Origin: an uncultured Acidobacteriota bacterium
Lineage (GTDB): Bacteria > Acidobacteriota > Vicinamibacteria > Vicinamibacterales > JAKQTR01
Reading direction: 5' to 3'
Length of the DNA stretch: 64,000 nucleotides
Assembly: GCA_963817885.1 (NCBI GenBank)
Contig: CAWFQE010000004.1
Coordinates: 21,419-85,418 of the forward strand
The position numbers were made by a program, and so were the translations under genes. The notes below the pieces were generated by a model. The model worked only from the letters and a program-made list of their open reading frames with translations, ran no database searches and had not been told where the DNA came from. Each line of letters opens with the position of its first letter. The stretch's first letter is position 1. Positions 21,025-30,296 of the stretch are shown in pieces.

Positions 21025-22089
21025 ATGGCAATCGATTTGCGAAGTGATACCGTCACGCTGCCTTCACCCGAGATGCGGCAGGCCATGCTCGAGGCCGAGC
21101 TGGGCGACGACGTGTTCGGCGAGGATCCCACGGTGAACCGGCTCGAGAAGGTGGCGGCGGAGGTCACCGGGAAAGAGGCGGCGCTGTTCGTCACGAGCGG
21201 CACGATGGGCAACCTGGGATCGCTGCTGGCCCACTGCACGCGGGGCCAGGAAGTGATCGTCGGCGACGAATCGCACATCTGGAACTACGAGAACGGATCG
21301 GCGTCGGCGCTGGGCGGCCTGGTCCTGCACACGGTTCGGACCAGCCCGGACGGGACCATGCCGCTCGACGCCCTCGAGGCGGCCATCCATCTGCCCGCGC
21401 ACCATTATCACTACTATCATTTCGCGCCGCCCGGCGTGATCTGCCTGGAGAACACGCACAACCGGTGCGGCGGCCGGATTGTCCCGCCCGACTACTTCGC
21501 AGCCGTCGCGGATCTCGCCGCACGCCACGGCGTGCCGGTCCACCTCGATGGCGCGCGGCTCTTCAATGCGGCGGTCGCGGCGGGGCGCCCCGTGACCGAC
21601 TGGACCCGGCACGTGTCCTCGGTGCAGCTGTGCCTGTCGAAAGGGCTGGCGGCGCCGGTCGGATCGATGATCTGCGGATCGGCGGAGTTCGTGGACCGGG
21701 CACGGCGGGCGCGCAAGATGCTCGGCGGCGGCATGCGGCAGGCCGGCGTGATCGCCGCGCCAGGCCTGATCGCGCTGACGCAGATGGTGTCGCGGCTCGC
21801 CGAGGATCACCGCAACGCGAAGATTCTGGCCGATGGCGTCCGCTCGCTGCCCGGGGTCAGGCTCGATCCGCCCGAGGTCGACACGAACATCGTCGTCTTC
21901 CAAGTGGCGAACGCCGCCCAGGCCGAGTCGTATTCCGCCGCACTGGACGCGCAGGGCGTCCGGGTGTCGGACTTCGGGGCCGGGCGGCTTCGGATGGTGA
22001 CGCACTACGGCATCAGCGCGGAGGACTGCCGCAAGGCCGTCGACGTGATGCAGCGCGTGTGGTCGATGCAGGCGGCGGCGACGCACTGA
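21025..22089 (+). CDS. ltaE: Low-specificity L-threonine aldolase (beta-eliminating lyase family)
   Basis: MAIDLRSDTVTLPSPEMRQAMLEAELGDDVFGEDPTVNRLE..FVTSGTMGNL..ENTHNRCGG..LSKGLAAPVGS with the PLP lysine context. The start is internal to track ORF 20479..22089. Confidence 0.85.
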   Translation: MAIDLRSDTVTLPSPEMRQAMLEAELGDDVFGEDPTVNRLEKVAAEVTGKEAALFVTSGTMGNLGSLLAHCTRGQEVIVGDESHIWNYENGSASALGGLVLHTVRTSPDGTMPLDALEAAIHLPAHHYHYYHFAPPGVICLENTHNRCGGRIVPPDYFAAVADLAARHGVPVHLDGARLFNAAVAAGRPVTDWTRHVSSVQLCLSKGLAAPVGSMICGSAEFVDRARRARKMLGGGMRQAGVIAAPGLIALTQMVSRLAEDHRNAKILADGVRSLPGVRLDPPEVDTNIVVFQVANAAQAESYSAALDAQGVRVSDFGAGRLRMVTHYGISAEDCRKAVDVMQRVWSMQAAATH

Positions 22090-22111
22090 AGCGGCGAGCG
22101 CGGCGGATCTG

Positions 22112-22282
22112 GCCGGGTCTTTAGACCCGGCGGGTCCGGCGGCTCTGAAGAGCCGCCCTACATCAGATGAGCCGCCCTCCACCAGGCGGGAGCGTTCGGC
22201 TGTAGGCCGGGGCTTCAGCCCCGGCGGGTCCGGCGGCTCTGAAGAGCCGCCCTCCATCAGATGGGCCGCCCTCCACCAGGCG
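22112..22282. repeat. Two tandem ~90-nt REP-like units, each with two adjacent hairpins
   Basis: Hairpins gccgggtctttagacccggc (22112-22131) and ggcggctctgaagagccgcc (22138-22157) are followed by ctacatcagatg.gccgccctccaccaggcg. The unit repeats from 22202 with gtag + gccggggcttcagccccggc + ggcggctctgaagagccgcc. Confidence 0.75.
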
Positions 22283-22336
22283 AGCGAAGCGCCCCCAAGC
22301 CCCTGATAGAGCGGCAGGGCAAGAAGAGGTAGTCGC

Positions 22337-22684
22337 ATGAATCCTGTGGATTGGATCGAGCGGTTTCCCGGCGCCATTACCGTCTGCGATCGGCAGGGCG
22401 TCGTGCTCGACATGAACGACAAGTCCGCCGCGACGTTTGCCGGCGACGGCGGACGCGCCCTGATCGGCCGCAGCATGCTCGACTGCCATCCGGACCCCGC
22501 TCGCGGCAAGCTGGAAGAATTGCTGGCCAATCCGCGCGTCAATGCGTACACGATAGAAAAGAACGGCGTTCACAAGCTCATCTATCAGGCCCCTTGGTAC
22601 AAGGATGGCGCCTGCCAGGGCCTCGTCGAACTCTCACTCGTGATCCCGGCCGAGATGCCGCATTTCATTCGCGAGCCGCGGTGA
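22337..22684 (+). CDS. Small stand-alone PAS-domain protein
   Basis: FPGAITVCDRQGVVLDMNDKSAATFAGDGGRALIGRSMLDCHP...YTIEKNGVHKLIYQAPWYKDGACQGLVELSL has a PAS-fold-like pattern. The frame is intact at 115 aa. Confidence 0.6.
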   Translation: MNPVDWIERFPGAITVCDRQGVVLDMNDKSAATFAGDGGRALIGRSMLDCHPDPARGKLEELLANPRVNAYTIEKNGVHKLIYQAPWYKDGACQGLVELSLVIPAEMPHFIREPR

Positions 22685-22717
22685 TCACCGCCTGCCACCC
22701 CTCATCCAGGTGACGTC

Positions 22718-23530
22718 ATGACTCTTCTTGAAGAACCCGAGCCGTCGAGTTCCTCGAAACGCTTGCTGCTCGTCGGGATCCTGCTCGTGGTGGCCGCCGC
22801 CGTGGGGGTCGCGATCTGGATGTTGTCGGCGCCGTCAGCGCCCGCATCGAAGACCGCAGCCGCGCCAATAGCTGAACGGCCCAGAGCCGTGCCGGCGCCG
22901 CCCGTTCTCGCAACGGCGCCGAAGGCCGAAGAGGCCCCGTCGCCCGAGCCGCGGCGGGCGAAGGGCGGCAAGGCGCCAGCCAGGTCCGCTGCGCCTCCGG
23001 CCGCACCGACGGCCGGGACGCTGCAGTTCGACAGCGACGTTGCCGGGGCCAGCGTGTTTCTCGATCGTGAGTACAAGGGCGTGACGCCCTTGACGATCGA
23101 GGGTGTCGCCCCCGGGTCACACAAGGTCAACGTGTCGGCGGATGGCTACGACGGGTATGCGGATACGGTGGAGGTGGCGGCCGGGCCCAACGCCGTGCTC
23201 GTCAGGTTCAAGGAAGTGAAGCTCAACGAGTCGATTCCCGTCGCGCACAAGCATGCGATCGGGTCGTGCAGCGGCCGGCTGGTGGCCGACACGACGGGGA
23301 TCAGGTACGAAACCTCGAAGGCCGACGACGCGTTCAAGTCGCCGTTCGCGAAGATCGAGACCTTCGAGGTCGATTACCTGAAGAAGAACCTGCGCATCAA
23401 GCTGCGGGGCGGACGCACGTACAATTTCTCGAACGAGAACGCGGACACGCTGTTCGTCTTCCACAAGAACGTCCAGGCCGCCAGGGCGAAACTCGCCAAG
23501 GAAGGCACCGCGCCCGCGCCCGTCATGTAG
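22718..23530 (+). CDS. Membrane-anchored PEGA-domain protein
   Basis: An N-terminal TM segment LLLVGILLVVAAAVGVAIWML is followed by an Ala/Pro-rich linker and a PEGA-like segment (VFLDREYKGVTPLTIEGVAPGSHKVNVSADGYDGYADTVEV). Confidence 0.65.
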   Translation: MTLLEEPEPSSSSKRLLLVGILLVVAAAVGVAIWMLSAPSAPASKTAAAPIAERPRAVPAPPVLATAPKAEEAPSPEPRRAKGGKAPARSAAPPAAPTAGTLQFDSDVAGASVFLDREYKGVTPLTIEGVAPGSHKVNVSADGYDGYADTVEVAAGPNAVLVRFKEVKLNESIPVAHKHAIGSCSGRLVADTTGIRYETSKADDAFKSPFAKIETFEVDYLKKNLRIKLRGGRTYNFSNENADTLFVFHKNVQAARAKLAKEGTAPAPVM

Positions 23531-23531
23531 C

Positions 23532-23927
23532 TCAGGCGACCACGGTTCTGACTTCGAAGCGCGGCGGGTGCTCGAGGTGCTTCTTGACCGCGCACTGATC
23601 GGCGGCGCGGATGAGCGCGTCGTAGTACTTCGCCGGGAACTCGGGCGGCACCTGGATGTCGAGCGCCACCTTCCCGATCATGCCCGTCGCCGGATCGGGC
23701 TCGACACGCTGGTGAATCCGGATCCCGTCGGTCGACAATCCTCGTTGCGTGCAGAAGCCGAGCACGTAGATTCCCGCGCACGTGCCAATCGAGGCCAGGA
23801 ACACCGAGAAGGGCGTCGGCGCGGAGTTCTCACCGCCGCCTCGCACCGGCTGATCCGTGTGAACGACGTGCTGCCCGACCTGGGCGTCGACCTTGGCGCC
23901 CCCCGGAAACGTAATCGTCATATCCAT
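23532..23927 (-). CDS. OsmC-family peroxiredoxin-like protein
   Basis: MDMTITFPGGAKVDAQ...GGGENSAPTPFSVFLASIGTCAGIYVLGFC..ADQCAVKKHLE carries the two conserved Cys contexts of the OsmC/Ohr fold. Confidence 0.7.
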   Translation of the reverse strand: MDMTITFPGGAKVDAQVGQHVVHTDQPVRGGGENSAPTPFSVFLASIGTCAGIYVLGFCTQRGLSTDGIRIHQRVEPDPATGMIGKVALDIQVPPEFPAKYYDALIRAADQCAVKKHLEHPPRFEVRTVVA

Positions 23928-24027
23928 AAGAGTCCTCGAACTTCCAGAAGATCGGCTGTCCAGCCGCAAGACCGGAAGGTCTCTGCTCGAAGGATGCACG
24001 GCGCGCCCGAAAGGTGACAGATCGGGA

Positions 24028-27000
24028 TCAGGGCTCCACTGGCCTCCGTTCCGGCGCGAACCACTGGTAGAGCGTCGGCAATACCAGCAAGGTGAGCGCG
24101 GTCGACGTCACGAGGCCCCCGATCACGACGACGGCCAGGGGGCGCTGCACCTCGGAGCCGGGCCCGTTCGCGAAGACCATCGGGATCAGGCTGAGGATGG
24201 AAATGCTGGCGGTCATCAGCACCGGGCGAAGCCGCGCCTCGCAGCCGATCCGCACGGCGTCCGCGACGCTGGCGCCGTTGTCCCGAAGGTCCGAGATGTA
24301 CGAGATCAGCACGACGCCGTTCAGCACCGCCACGCCGAAGAGCACGATGAAGCCCACCGAGGCGGGGACCGACAGGTACAGGCCCGATACGAGCAGCGCG
24401 AAGACGCCACCGACCATGGCGAAGGGCAGGTTGACGAGCACCAGGCCGGCCAGCCAGACCGAGTCGAAGGTGAAGAGCAGCAGCAGGAACACCAGGCCCA
24501 CCACGACCGGGGTGATGATCATGAGCCTCGAGGTCGCCTGTTGCTGGTTCTCGAATTGTCCCCCCCAGCTCGAGTAGTAACCCGGGGGCAGCTCCACGCC
24601 CTGCGCGATGCGCTGCTGCGCTTCCTTGACGAAGCTGCCGATGTCGCGCCCGACCACGTTCAGCTCGATCCCGATCCGCCGCTGGCCGTTCTCGCGGCTG
24701 ATCTGGGTCGGTCCTTCGACCGCCTTCAGGTCGGCCAGCTGGCTGAGCGACGCCCGATACCCGCCCGGCACGTCAATCAGCAGGGCGCCGAGCGCCTCGA
24801 TGGACTCCCGGCGCTGGTCGGGGTAGCGCAGCGCGATGTCGAACGCCCGGTTCTGCTGATACAGGCGTGACAACGGCTTGCCGGCGATCGCCAGCTCGAT
24901 GACCCGGAGCACGTCGCCCGTGTTCACGCCGTAGCGTGCGACCTTGTCTCGATCCACCGTGACCGTCAGGTACGGCTGCCCGGCCAGCCGCTCCACGACC
25001 AGGTCGGCGCTGCCGCGGATGGTCCCGAGCACGGCCGCCATCTCGCCCGCCTTCCGCCTCAAGACGTCGGTGTCATCGCCGAACAGCTTGAGAATCACCT
25101 GGGCCTTGGTCCCGGCGACCAGCTCATCGATGCGGCATTGAATCGGCTGGCTGAAGCTGAAGACCATCCCGGGAATGTCCGCGAGCGAGTCGCGCATCTT
25201 CCCGGTCAGCTCCTCGCGGGAGCGGGCGCTGGTCCACTGATCGCGGGGTTTGAGGACGCCTACGAACCCCGTCTTGTCGATGCCGCGGGCTTCGATCGCC
25301 ACGCCCGTCTGTCCGGTTCGCGACACCACCGTCTCCAGCTCGGGGAAGCGCTTGAGACGCCGCTCCACCTCGCCCGCCGTCTGCATCGCATGCTCGAGCG
25401 ACACACCGGGAATCAACTGGACGTCCATGTCGAACGCGCCTTCGTCCATCGCGGGGACGAACTCGGTCCCCAGGTGCGGCACGACGCCGATGGCTGCCAC
25501 CAGGGCGGCCGCCGCGGCCGACACCACGACGAAGCGGCGCCGCAGCGCGATGTCGAGCAGCGGCAGGTAGAGCCGCCTGGCCAGGGACAGGAGGGGGCTT
25601 TCCTTGTGAACCGGCCTGAGCGCCACCAGGCACACCGATGGAATGACGAACACCGAGAGGAGGAGCGACGACAGCAGCGCCAGGGCCACGGTGTACACCA
25701 GCGGGGAGAACATCTTGCCCTCCATCCCCTGCATGGTGGCGATGGGGATGAAGGTGACGGCGATGATGAGCTGGCCGAAGATGCTCGGCTTCTGGACTTC
25801 CACGGCGGCCCGAAGCACCGTGGTCAGCTTTCGGTCTTTGTCCGGCTGCATGGCGAGGTGCCGCTGGACGTTTTCCACCTGGATGATGGCGGCGTCGAGG
25901 ATCATGCCGATCGAGATCGCCAGGCCGCCGAGCGACATGAGATTCGCGTTCAGGCCCGTATACCGCATGATGATGAAGGTCAGCAGGGCGGACAGGGGCA
26001 GCGCGACGATCACGACGAGCGCCCCGCGCACGCTGCGCAGCAGCAGGAACAGAATCACCAGCGCCAGGATCGATCCTTCGGCGAGCGCCTCGAGCACGGT
26101 CGCGATGCTGTTCCCGACGATCTCCGAACGCTCGTAGTAGGGGACCATCCGCACGCCGTCGGGCAGCATGTGGTTCGCATTGATCTCGCGAACCTTGGCC
26201 TCGACGTTGCTGACCACCTCCCGGCTGTTCTCGCCGCGCAGCATCATCACGATGCCGCCGACGACTTCACGTTGCCCGTCCTGCTGGGCGGCCCCCTGGC
26301 GGATCGCATGATCGATGCGGACCTCGCCGATGTCGCGTATCGACACCGGCGTGCCGCGCTCCGCCTTGAGGACGATCTTGCGAATATCGTCCTCCGAGCG
26401 GATCAGCCCCACGCCCCGGATGATGTGCTGCTCGGAGGCGCGCGACACGACGTTGCCGCCGACATTCGAGTTGTTGGCGCGGATCGCGTTGGCGACCGTA
26501 TCGACCGACAGGTCGTACTTCAGCAGCTTGTCGGGGTCCACCAGCACCTGGTACTGTTGCAGGAACCCGCCGAACGAGTTGATCTCCGTGACGCCGGGAA
26601 CGCTCTTGAGCAGCGGCGTGACCATCCAGTCCTGGATGGTGCGAAGCTGGGTGAGCGCGGCAACCTGATCCGCCGCGGCATCCGTCCTGTCGCTCTGGAG
26701 CGTGTATTGGTAGATCTCGCCCATCGCCGTCGCGATGGGTCCCATCTCGGTCTCCACGCCCTCGGGCAGCGTCCGCTCGGTCTCGGACACCCGCTCATGC
26801 ACCTGTTGCCGTGCGAAGTAGATGTCCACATCGTCATGAAACACGAGCGTTACCACCGAGAGCCCGTATTTCGTCACCGATCGCATCATGACGAGGCCGG
26901 GGAGGCCGCGCATCGAGTTCTCGAGCGGGTACGTCACGAACTGCTCGATCTCGAGCGGCGACATGCCCGCCGCGGTGCTGACGACCTCGACCTGGATGTT

Positions 27001-27129
27001 CGTGACGTCGGGGAAGGCGTCGATCGGGATCGTGCGGACGGCGTACGCGCCCAGCAGTACGATCACCAGGACCGCCAGGCCGACGATCAGGCGGTTCCGG
27101 AGGGACAGTGCCATCAACCGTTCAAGCAT
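24028..27129 (-). CDS. czcA: CzcA/CusA-type heavy-metal efflux RND inner-membrane pump
   Basis: The frame is intact at 1033 aa. MLERLMALSLRNRLIVGLAVLVIVLLGAYAVRTIPIDAFPDVTNIQVEV... shows the typical HME-RND N-terminus and 12-TM architecture. Confidence 0.9.
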   Translation of the reverse strand: MLERLMALSLRNRLIVGLAVLVIVLLGAYAVRTIPIDAFPDVTNIQVEVVSTAAGMSPLEIEQFVTYPLENSMRGLPGLVMMRSVTKYGLSVVTLVFHDDVDIYFARQQVHERVSETERTLPEGVETEMGPIATAMGEIYQYTLQSDRTDAAADQVAALTQLRTIQDWMVTPLLKSVPGVTEINSFGGFLQQYQVLVDPDKLLKYDLSVDTVANAIRANNSNVGGNVVSRASEQHIIRGVGLIRSEDDIRKIVLKAERGTPVSIRDIGEVRIDHAIRQGAAQQDGQREVVGGIVMMLRGENSREVVSNVEAKVREINANHMLPDGVRMVPYYERSEIVGNSIATVLEALAEGSILALVILFLLLRSVRGALVVIVALPLSALLTFIIMRYTGLNANLMSLGGLAISIGMILDAAIIQVENVQRHLAMQPDKDRKLTTVLRAAVEVQKPSIFGQLIIAVTFIPIATMQGMEGKMFSPLVYTVALALLSSLLLSVFVIPSVCLVALRPVHKESPLLSLARRLYLPLLDIALRRRFVVVSAAAAALVAAIGVVPHLGTEFVPAMDEGAFDMDVQLIPGVSLEHAMQTAGEVERRLKRFPELETVVSRTGQTGVAIEARGIDKTGFVGVLKPRDQWTSARSREELTGKMRDSLADIPGMVFSFSQPIQCRIDELVAGTKAQVILKLFGDDTDVLRRKAGEMAAVLGTIRGSADLVVERLAGQPYLTVTVDRDKVARYGVNTGDVLRVIELAIAGKPLSRLYQQNRAFDIALRYPDQRRESIEALGALLIDVPGGYRASLSQLADLKAVEGPTQISRENGQRRIGIELNVVGRDIGSFVKEAQQRIAQGVELPPGYYSSWGGQFENQQQATSRLMIITPVVVGLVFLLLLFTFDSVWLAGLVLVNLPFAMVGGVFALLVSGLYLSVPASVGFIVLFGVAVLNGVVLISYISDLRDNGASVADAVRIGCEARLRPVLMTASISILSLIPMVFANGPGSEVQRPLAVVVIGGLVTSTALTLLVLPTLYQWFAPERRPVEP

Positions 27130-27156
27130 GTGCGGGTGCCTCTTGCCAGGTGGAAG

Positions 27157-28377
27157 TTACTCGCCGGCCAGCGTCGATTTCAGGAGTTCGGCCTTCAAGT
27201 TGTACGCCCCGGCGACGACGACGGTTTCAGAGCCGTTCAGACCTCTCGACACGGCCCGCCGGACGCCGACACGATCGCCGACTTCCACCGGCCTCGCCAC
27301 GAAGGTGTCGGCCCCCTCACGAACGAACACCACCGACTCGCCCCCGATCGTCTGGACGGCATCCTGGGGCACGGTGAGCACGTTGCGGGAACGGACCGCA
27401 TCCGGCAACTCGCCCTGGATGTACATGTTGGGCTTGAGCAGCCGGCCTTCGTTGCGGACCAGGACCCGCACCTTGACCGTGCGCGTCTTCTCGTCCACGC
27501 TATCGCCCACCTGGTCCACCACGCCCCGCCAGACGCGGTCCGGGTAGATGCTGCTCGTGACTCGCACGTCGCGGCCGCGCGCGACGTGCGGCAGGTCGGC
27601 CTCCCGGGCATCGAGAAGCGCCCAGAGCGTGGAGAGATCGGAGACCGTGAGCAGCATCTTCTCGGGCTCGATGTGTTGCCCGGTGATCACCTCGCGCTCG
27701 ACGACGTGGCCGGCGATCGGGGAAGTCAGCGAGAGATACGGCTCGGCGAGATCATCCATCGCCGTGGCGCCGTCGTTCGGCCGTCGAGCCTGGCGGATCA
27801 GTCGATCCACCGCCGCCTGGTCGAGCCCGTAGGAGTGAAGATTCGACTCGGCCACCGCGAACTGGCTCGAGGCGTTCTCGAACTCTGTCCGCCGCCGCAG
27901 GTGCTCTTTCCGGTCCATCGCCTCCTGCTTCAGGAGGATCTCCGCCCGTTCGAATTCGCGCCGCGCCAGCTCGAGGGTCGCGCCCGCCTGCAGGTACGCC
28001 GTCTTCGCCTGCGCGAGGGCCGGGGCATGAAGGATCACCAGCACCTGATCCCGCCGGACTTCGTCGCCGACCTGCGCCCCGATGAACGTCACCTTGCCGT
28101 CGAGCAGTGAGGTGATCTGAGCGGTATGGCGAGGATCGAGAGCCAGAACGCCGGGGATGCTGATCGCCCCCGAGACATCAGCGCGTGTCGCCTGGGCGAC
28201 GTCGATGCCCCATTTCTTCTGGACCTCTTGGCTGGCGCGAACCGTGTTCCGTTCATCGGTTCCTGCAGGCGCCTTCGCCTCTGGCGGCCCGGCTTTCTGG
28301 ACCGCGTATTCAGCGGGCTTGCACGCGACGCTGGCGATGAGGCCGAAGAGCGCGATGCCAATCCACTGCCTGTTCAT
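27157..28377 (-). CDS. czcB: Efflux RND periplasmic adaptor (membrane fusion protein)
   Basis: Lipoprotein-like start (IALFGLIASVAC). Barrel-sandwich and coiled-coil MFP pattern is present. It sits between the czcC-like and czcA-like genes. Confidence 0.85.
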   Translation of the reverse strand: MNRQWIGIALFGLIASVACKPAEYAVQKAGPPEAKAPAGTDERNTVRASQEVQKKWGIDVAQATRADVSGAISIPGVLALDPRHTAQITSLLDGKVTFIGAQVGDEVRRDQVLVILHAPALAQAKTAYLQAGATLELARREFERAEILLKQEAMDRKEHLRRRTEFENASSQFAVAESNLHSYGLDQAAVDRLIRQARRPNDGATAMDDLAEPYLSLTSPIAGHVVEREVITGQHIEPEKMLLTVSDLSTLWALLDAREADLPHVARGRDVRVTSSIYPDRVWRGVVDQVGDSVDEKTRTVKVRVLVRNEGRLLKPNMYIQGELPDAVRSRNVLTVPQDAVQTIGGESVVFVREGADTFVARPVEVGDRVGVRRAVSRGLNGSETVVVAGAYNLKAELLKSTLAGE

Positions 28378-29666
28378 GGAAGTTCCTTTCGAGGCGCCGC
28401 CGCGGGTGAGCCAACGGCTGCTTCGTACTGAAACATGCTGATCCGGTAGTCGAAACGGGCCCGGTTCTGTGTGCGCAGCGCCTCACGCAGCGCGCGCTCG
28501 GCGTCCAGGTAGTCGATGAGCGTGGCCGCGCCGCTGCGGTACGACGCAAGGACGATGTCGCGGGCCTCGCGTGCGCTCTTGAGGTACTCGCCCTCCACGT
28601 ACACGACGCGGCGCCGGCTGACGTCGACGGCGTTGAGCGCCTGTTGCACATCGAGCGAGACGCGAGTCTGGACATCCGCCAGGCGTGCGGCCGCCTGCTG
28701 CCGCTCGGCGCCGGCCCGCGCCACGCCCGCCTCGTTTCGGTTGAAGAGCGGGAGCGGCACGCCGAAGGTGACGATCAGCCCGTTGACGCCAAAATCACGC
28801 TTGACGCCGGCGCCGATTGAAAAGGTCGGCGTGCGAAGCGCGCGCTGGAGGCGGGTTGCGGCCTCGGATTGCTCCAGTTCCCGGCGGACCGCGTCAAGGT
28901 CGGGACGGCTGGCCAGCGCCTGGCTGACCGCAGAGGCCGCAGGCTCCGCGGCGGCGGCACCCGCCGGGGTCGTCGACGCCGGCAGCAGCGCGTCACTCGT
29001 GTCGAACGGCTGGTCGAGCGGCTCCGCGTGAAGCTGCGCGAGCAGTGCACTGCGGGCGTTCCTCAGCGCGAGCTCCGTCGTGAAGGCGTCGTCGGCGAAC
29101 CGAAAGCGTTCCACCTGCAGGCGCCGCATCTCGACACCGGACAGTTCGCCCTGCTCGTACCGCGCGCGGTTGAGCGCCAGCACCTTGTCGATGTCCTCGA
29201 GCGAGGCGCGTGCCACCTCATCGTCCGCCTTCGCCAGGACCGCCTGCATGTAGGCCAGGCGAACGTCGAAGATCAGCTGGCGCCTGGCGTCACGCGCCCA
29301 GGCCCGCGAGGCGTCGGCGCCGCGCTGCGCCTGCTCGGTCCGGATGCGCCGGCGCCCTCCCGGTTCGAACTCCTGCTCGATGCTGACGGCCAGTTCCTGG
29401 CTGTTGAGGAACGACGCGTGATCCTGCTGCGACAGGGGAATCCCTTCGGATCCGAACGCCAGGACAGGGTTGGGCCGCTTCCGGGCCCCGGCGACGTCAG
29501 CTTCCGATACGGCGACCGTTTGTTCCGCGACAACCAGTTGCGGGCTGCGCGCCTCGGCGATGCGAACGGCGTCTTCAAGCGAGAGCCTGGAGGGCACGGC
29601 GGGACCCTGGGCGTAGAGAGTCGCGCCAATTGCCGCTCCAAGGACTCCGATCCACATACTTCTCAT
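28374..29666 (-). CDS. czcC: TolC-family outer-membrane efflux protein
   Basis: 430 aa with a signal peptide and a duplicated OEP-type helical repeat. The stop overlaps the czcB start (28374-28377). Confidence 0.85.
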   Translation of the reverse strand: MRSMWIGVLGAAIGATLYAQGPAVPSRLSLEDAVRIAEARSPQLVVAEQTVAVSEADVAGARKRPNPVLAFGSEGIPLSQQDHASFLNSQELAVSIEQEFEPGGRRRIRTEQAQRGADASRAWARDARRQLIFDVRLAYMQAVLAKADDEVARASLEDIDKVLALNRARYEQGELSGVEMRRLQVERFRFADDAFTTELALRNARSALLAQLHAEPLDQPFDTSDALLPASTTPAGAAAAEPAASAVSQALASRPDLDAVRRELEQSEAATRLQRALRTPTFSIGAGVKRDFGVNGLIVTFGVPLPLFNRNEAGVARAGAERQQAAARLADVQTRVSLDVQQALNAVDVSRRRVVYVEGEYLKSAREARDIVLASYRSGAATLIDYLDAERALREALRTQNRARFDYRISMFQYEAAVGSPAAAPRKELP

Positions 29667-29729
29667 GGGAGTAGGGCCGGTCCGGGGGCGATGAATTGTG
29701 TTGGAACCTGGAAGAGCAGCTGCGGCGGG

Positions 29730-30053
29730 CTATTGCGGGGGTCGGTAGAGCCGATGCGGGTCGCCGGCGGGCATCTGGGGGTTCAGATCCAGGGTGAGCG
29801 TGCCGGCCGGCGTGAGGCCGGCGGCTTCGGCCGGCACAACGGCCGCCACCGAAACGCCGTGGCAGAAGCAGTGGTCGGGCGCGTCAGTCGTCGTGCCGAC
29901 GCTGTTGTCGACGCTCATCCGGCTGTCGGCTCCGGTGGATATCGGTTCGAAGTCGGACGCAAAAATGCCGTGCGCTCCGAGATCGCATCCAATCCAGAGC
30001 AGCATGAGGAACGTCAGGGTTCTGAGTGGGGCGTGACGCTGAAGCCGGACCAT
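29730..30053 (-). CDS. Small exported Cys/His protein at the head of the czc operon
   Basis: A hydrophobic N-terminus LRTLTFLMLLWIGCDLGAHG is followed by the motif PDHCFCHGVS. It lies 64 nt upstream of czcC on the same strand. Function is not established. Confidence 0.4.
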   Translation of the reverse strand: MVRLQRHAPLRTLTFLMLLWIGCDLGAHGIFASDFEPISTGADSRMSVDNSVGTTTDAPDHCFCHGVSVAAVVPAEAAGLTPAGTLTLDLNPQMPAGDPHRLYRPPQ

Positions 30054-30140
30054 CTACTTGCCAGGACTCTAGCACGGGTCCAAGGCCCGGCGCCAGAATT
30101 CACGCCTCGAGCCGCCGGCCGCGAGCCGTCGGTCATGGGA

Positions 30141-30296
30141 GATTGATGTAGGGCGGCTCTTGAGAGCCGCCGGATTCGCCGGGTCTTTAGATTCATGTAG
30201 GGCGGCTCTTGAGAGCCGCCGGACTCGCCGGGTCTTTGGATTGATGTAGGGCGGCTCTTTAGAGCCGCCGGACTCGCCGGCCCTGAAGGGCCGGCG
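30141..30296. repeat. Three tandem 49-bp REP-like units
   Basis: GTAG heads at 30148, 30197 and 30246 give an exact 49-nt period. Each is followed by the hairpin ggcggctct[tgag/ttag]agccgcc and then cgg.ctcgccgggtcttt. The last unit ends in gccggccctgaagggccggc. Confidence 0.8.

Noticed and set aside
25138-28110. Very long track ORFs with no recognisable protein features: 25138..28110 (990 aa), 2339..3739, 44065..46020, 21064..22551, 49759..51228, 59128..60957, 56984..58297, 42746..43882, 43..999, 6015..8234 and others.
   Set aside because: Each lies antisense to, or out of frame with, a gene that has clear family motifs. Their products are Arg/Gly/Asp/His-rich low-complexity strings, typical of stop-codon-poor shadow frames in GC-rich DNA. 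Parts of 6015..8234 are used only as one frame of the frameshifted TonB receptor.
30141-30296. Possible CRISPR arrays at the 49-bp tandem repeats (30141-30296) and the 28-nt tandem repeats (33773-33870).
   Set aside because: The repeats are contiguous with no unique spacers of comparable length. There are only 3-3.5 copies and no cas genes in the window. They belong to the GTAG-hairpin REP-like family.
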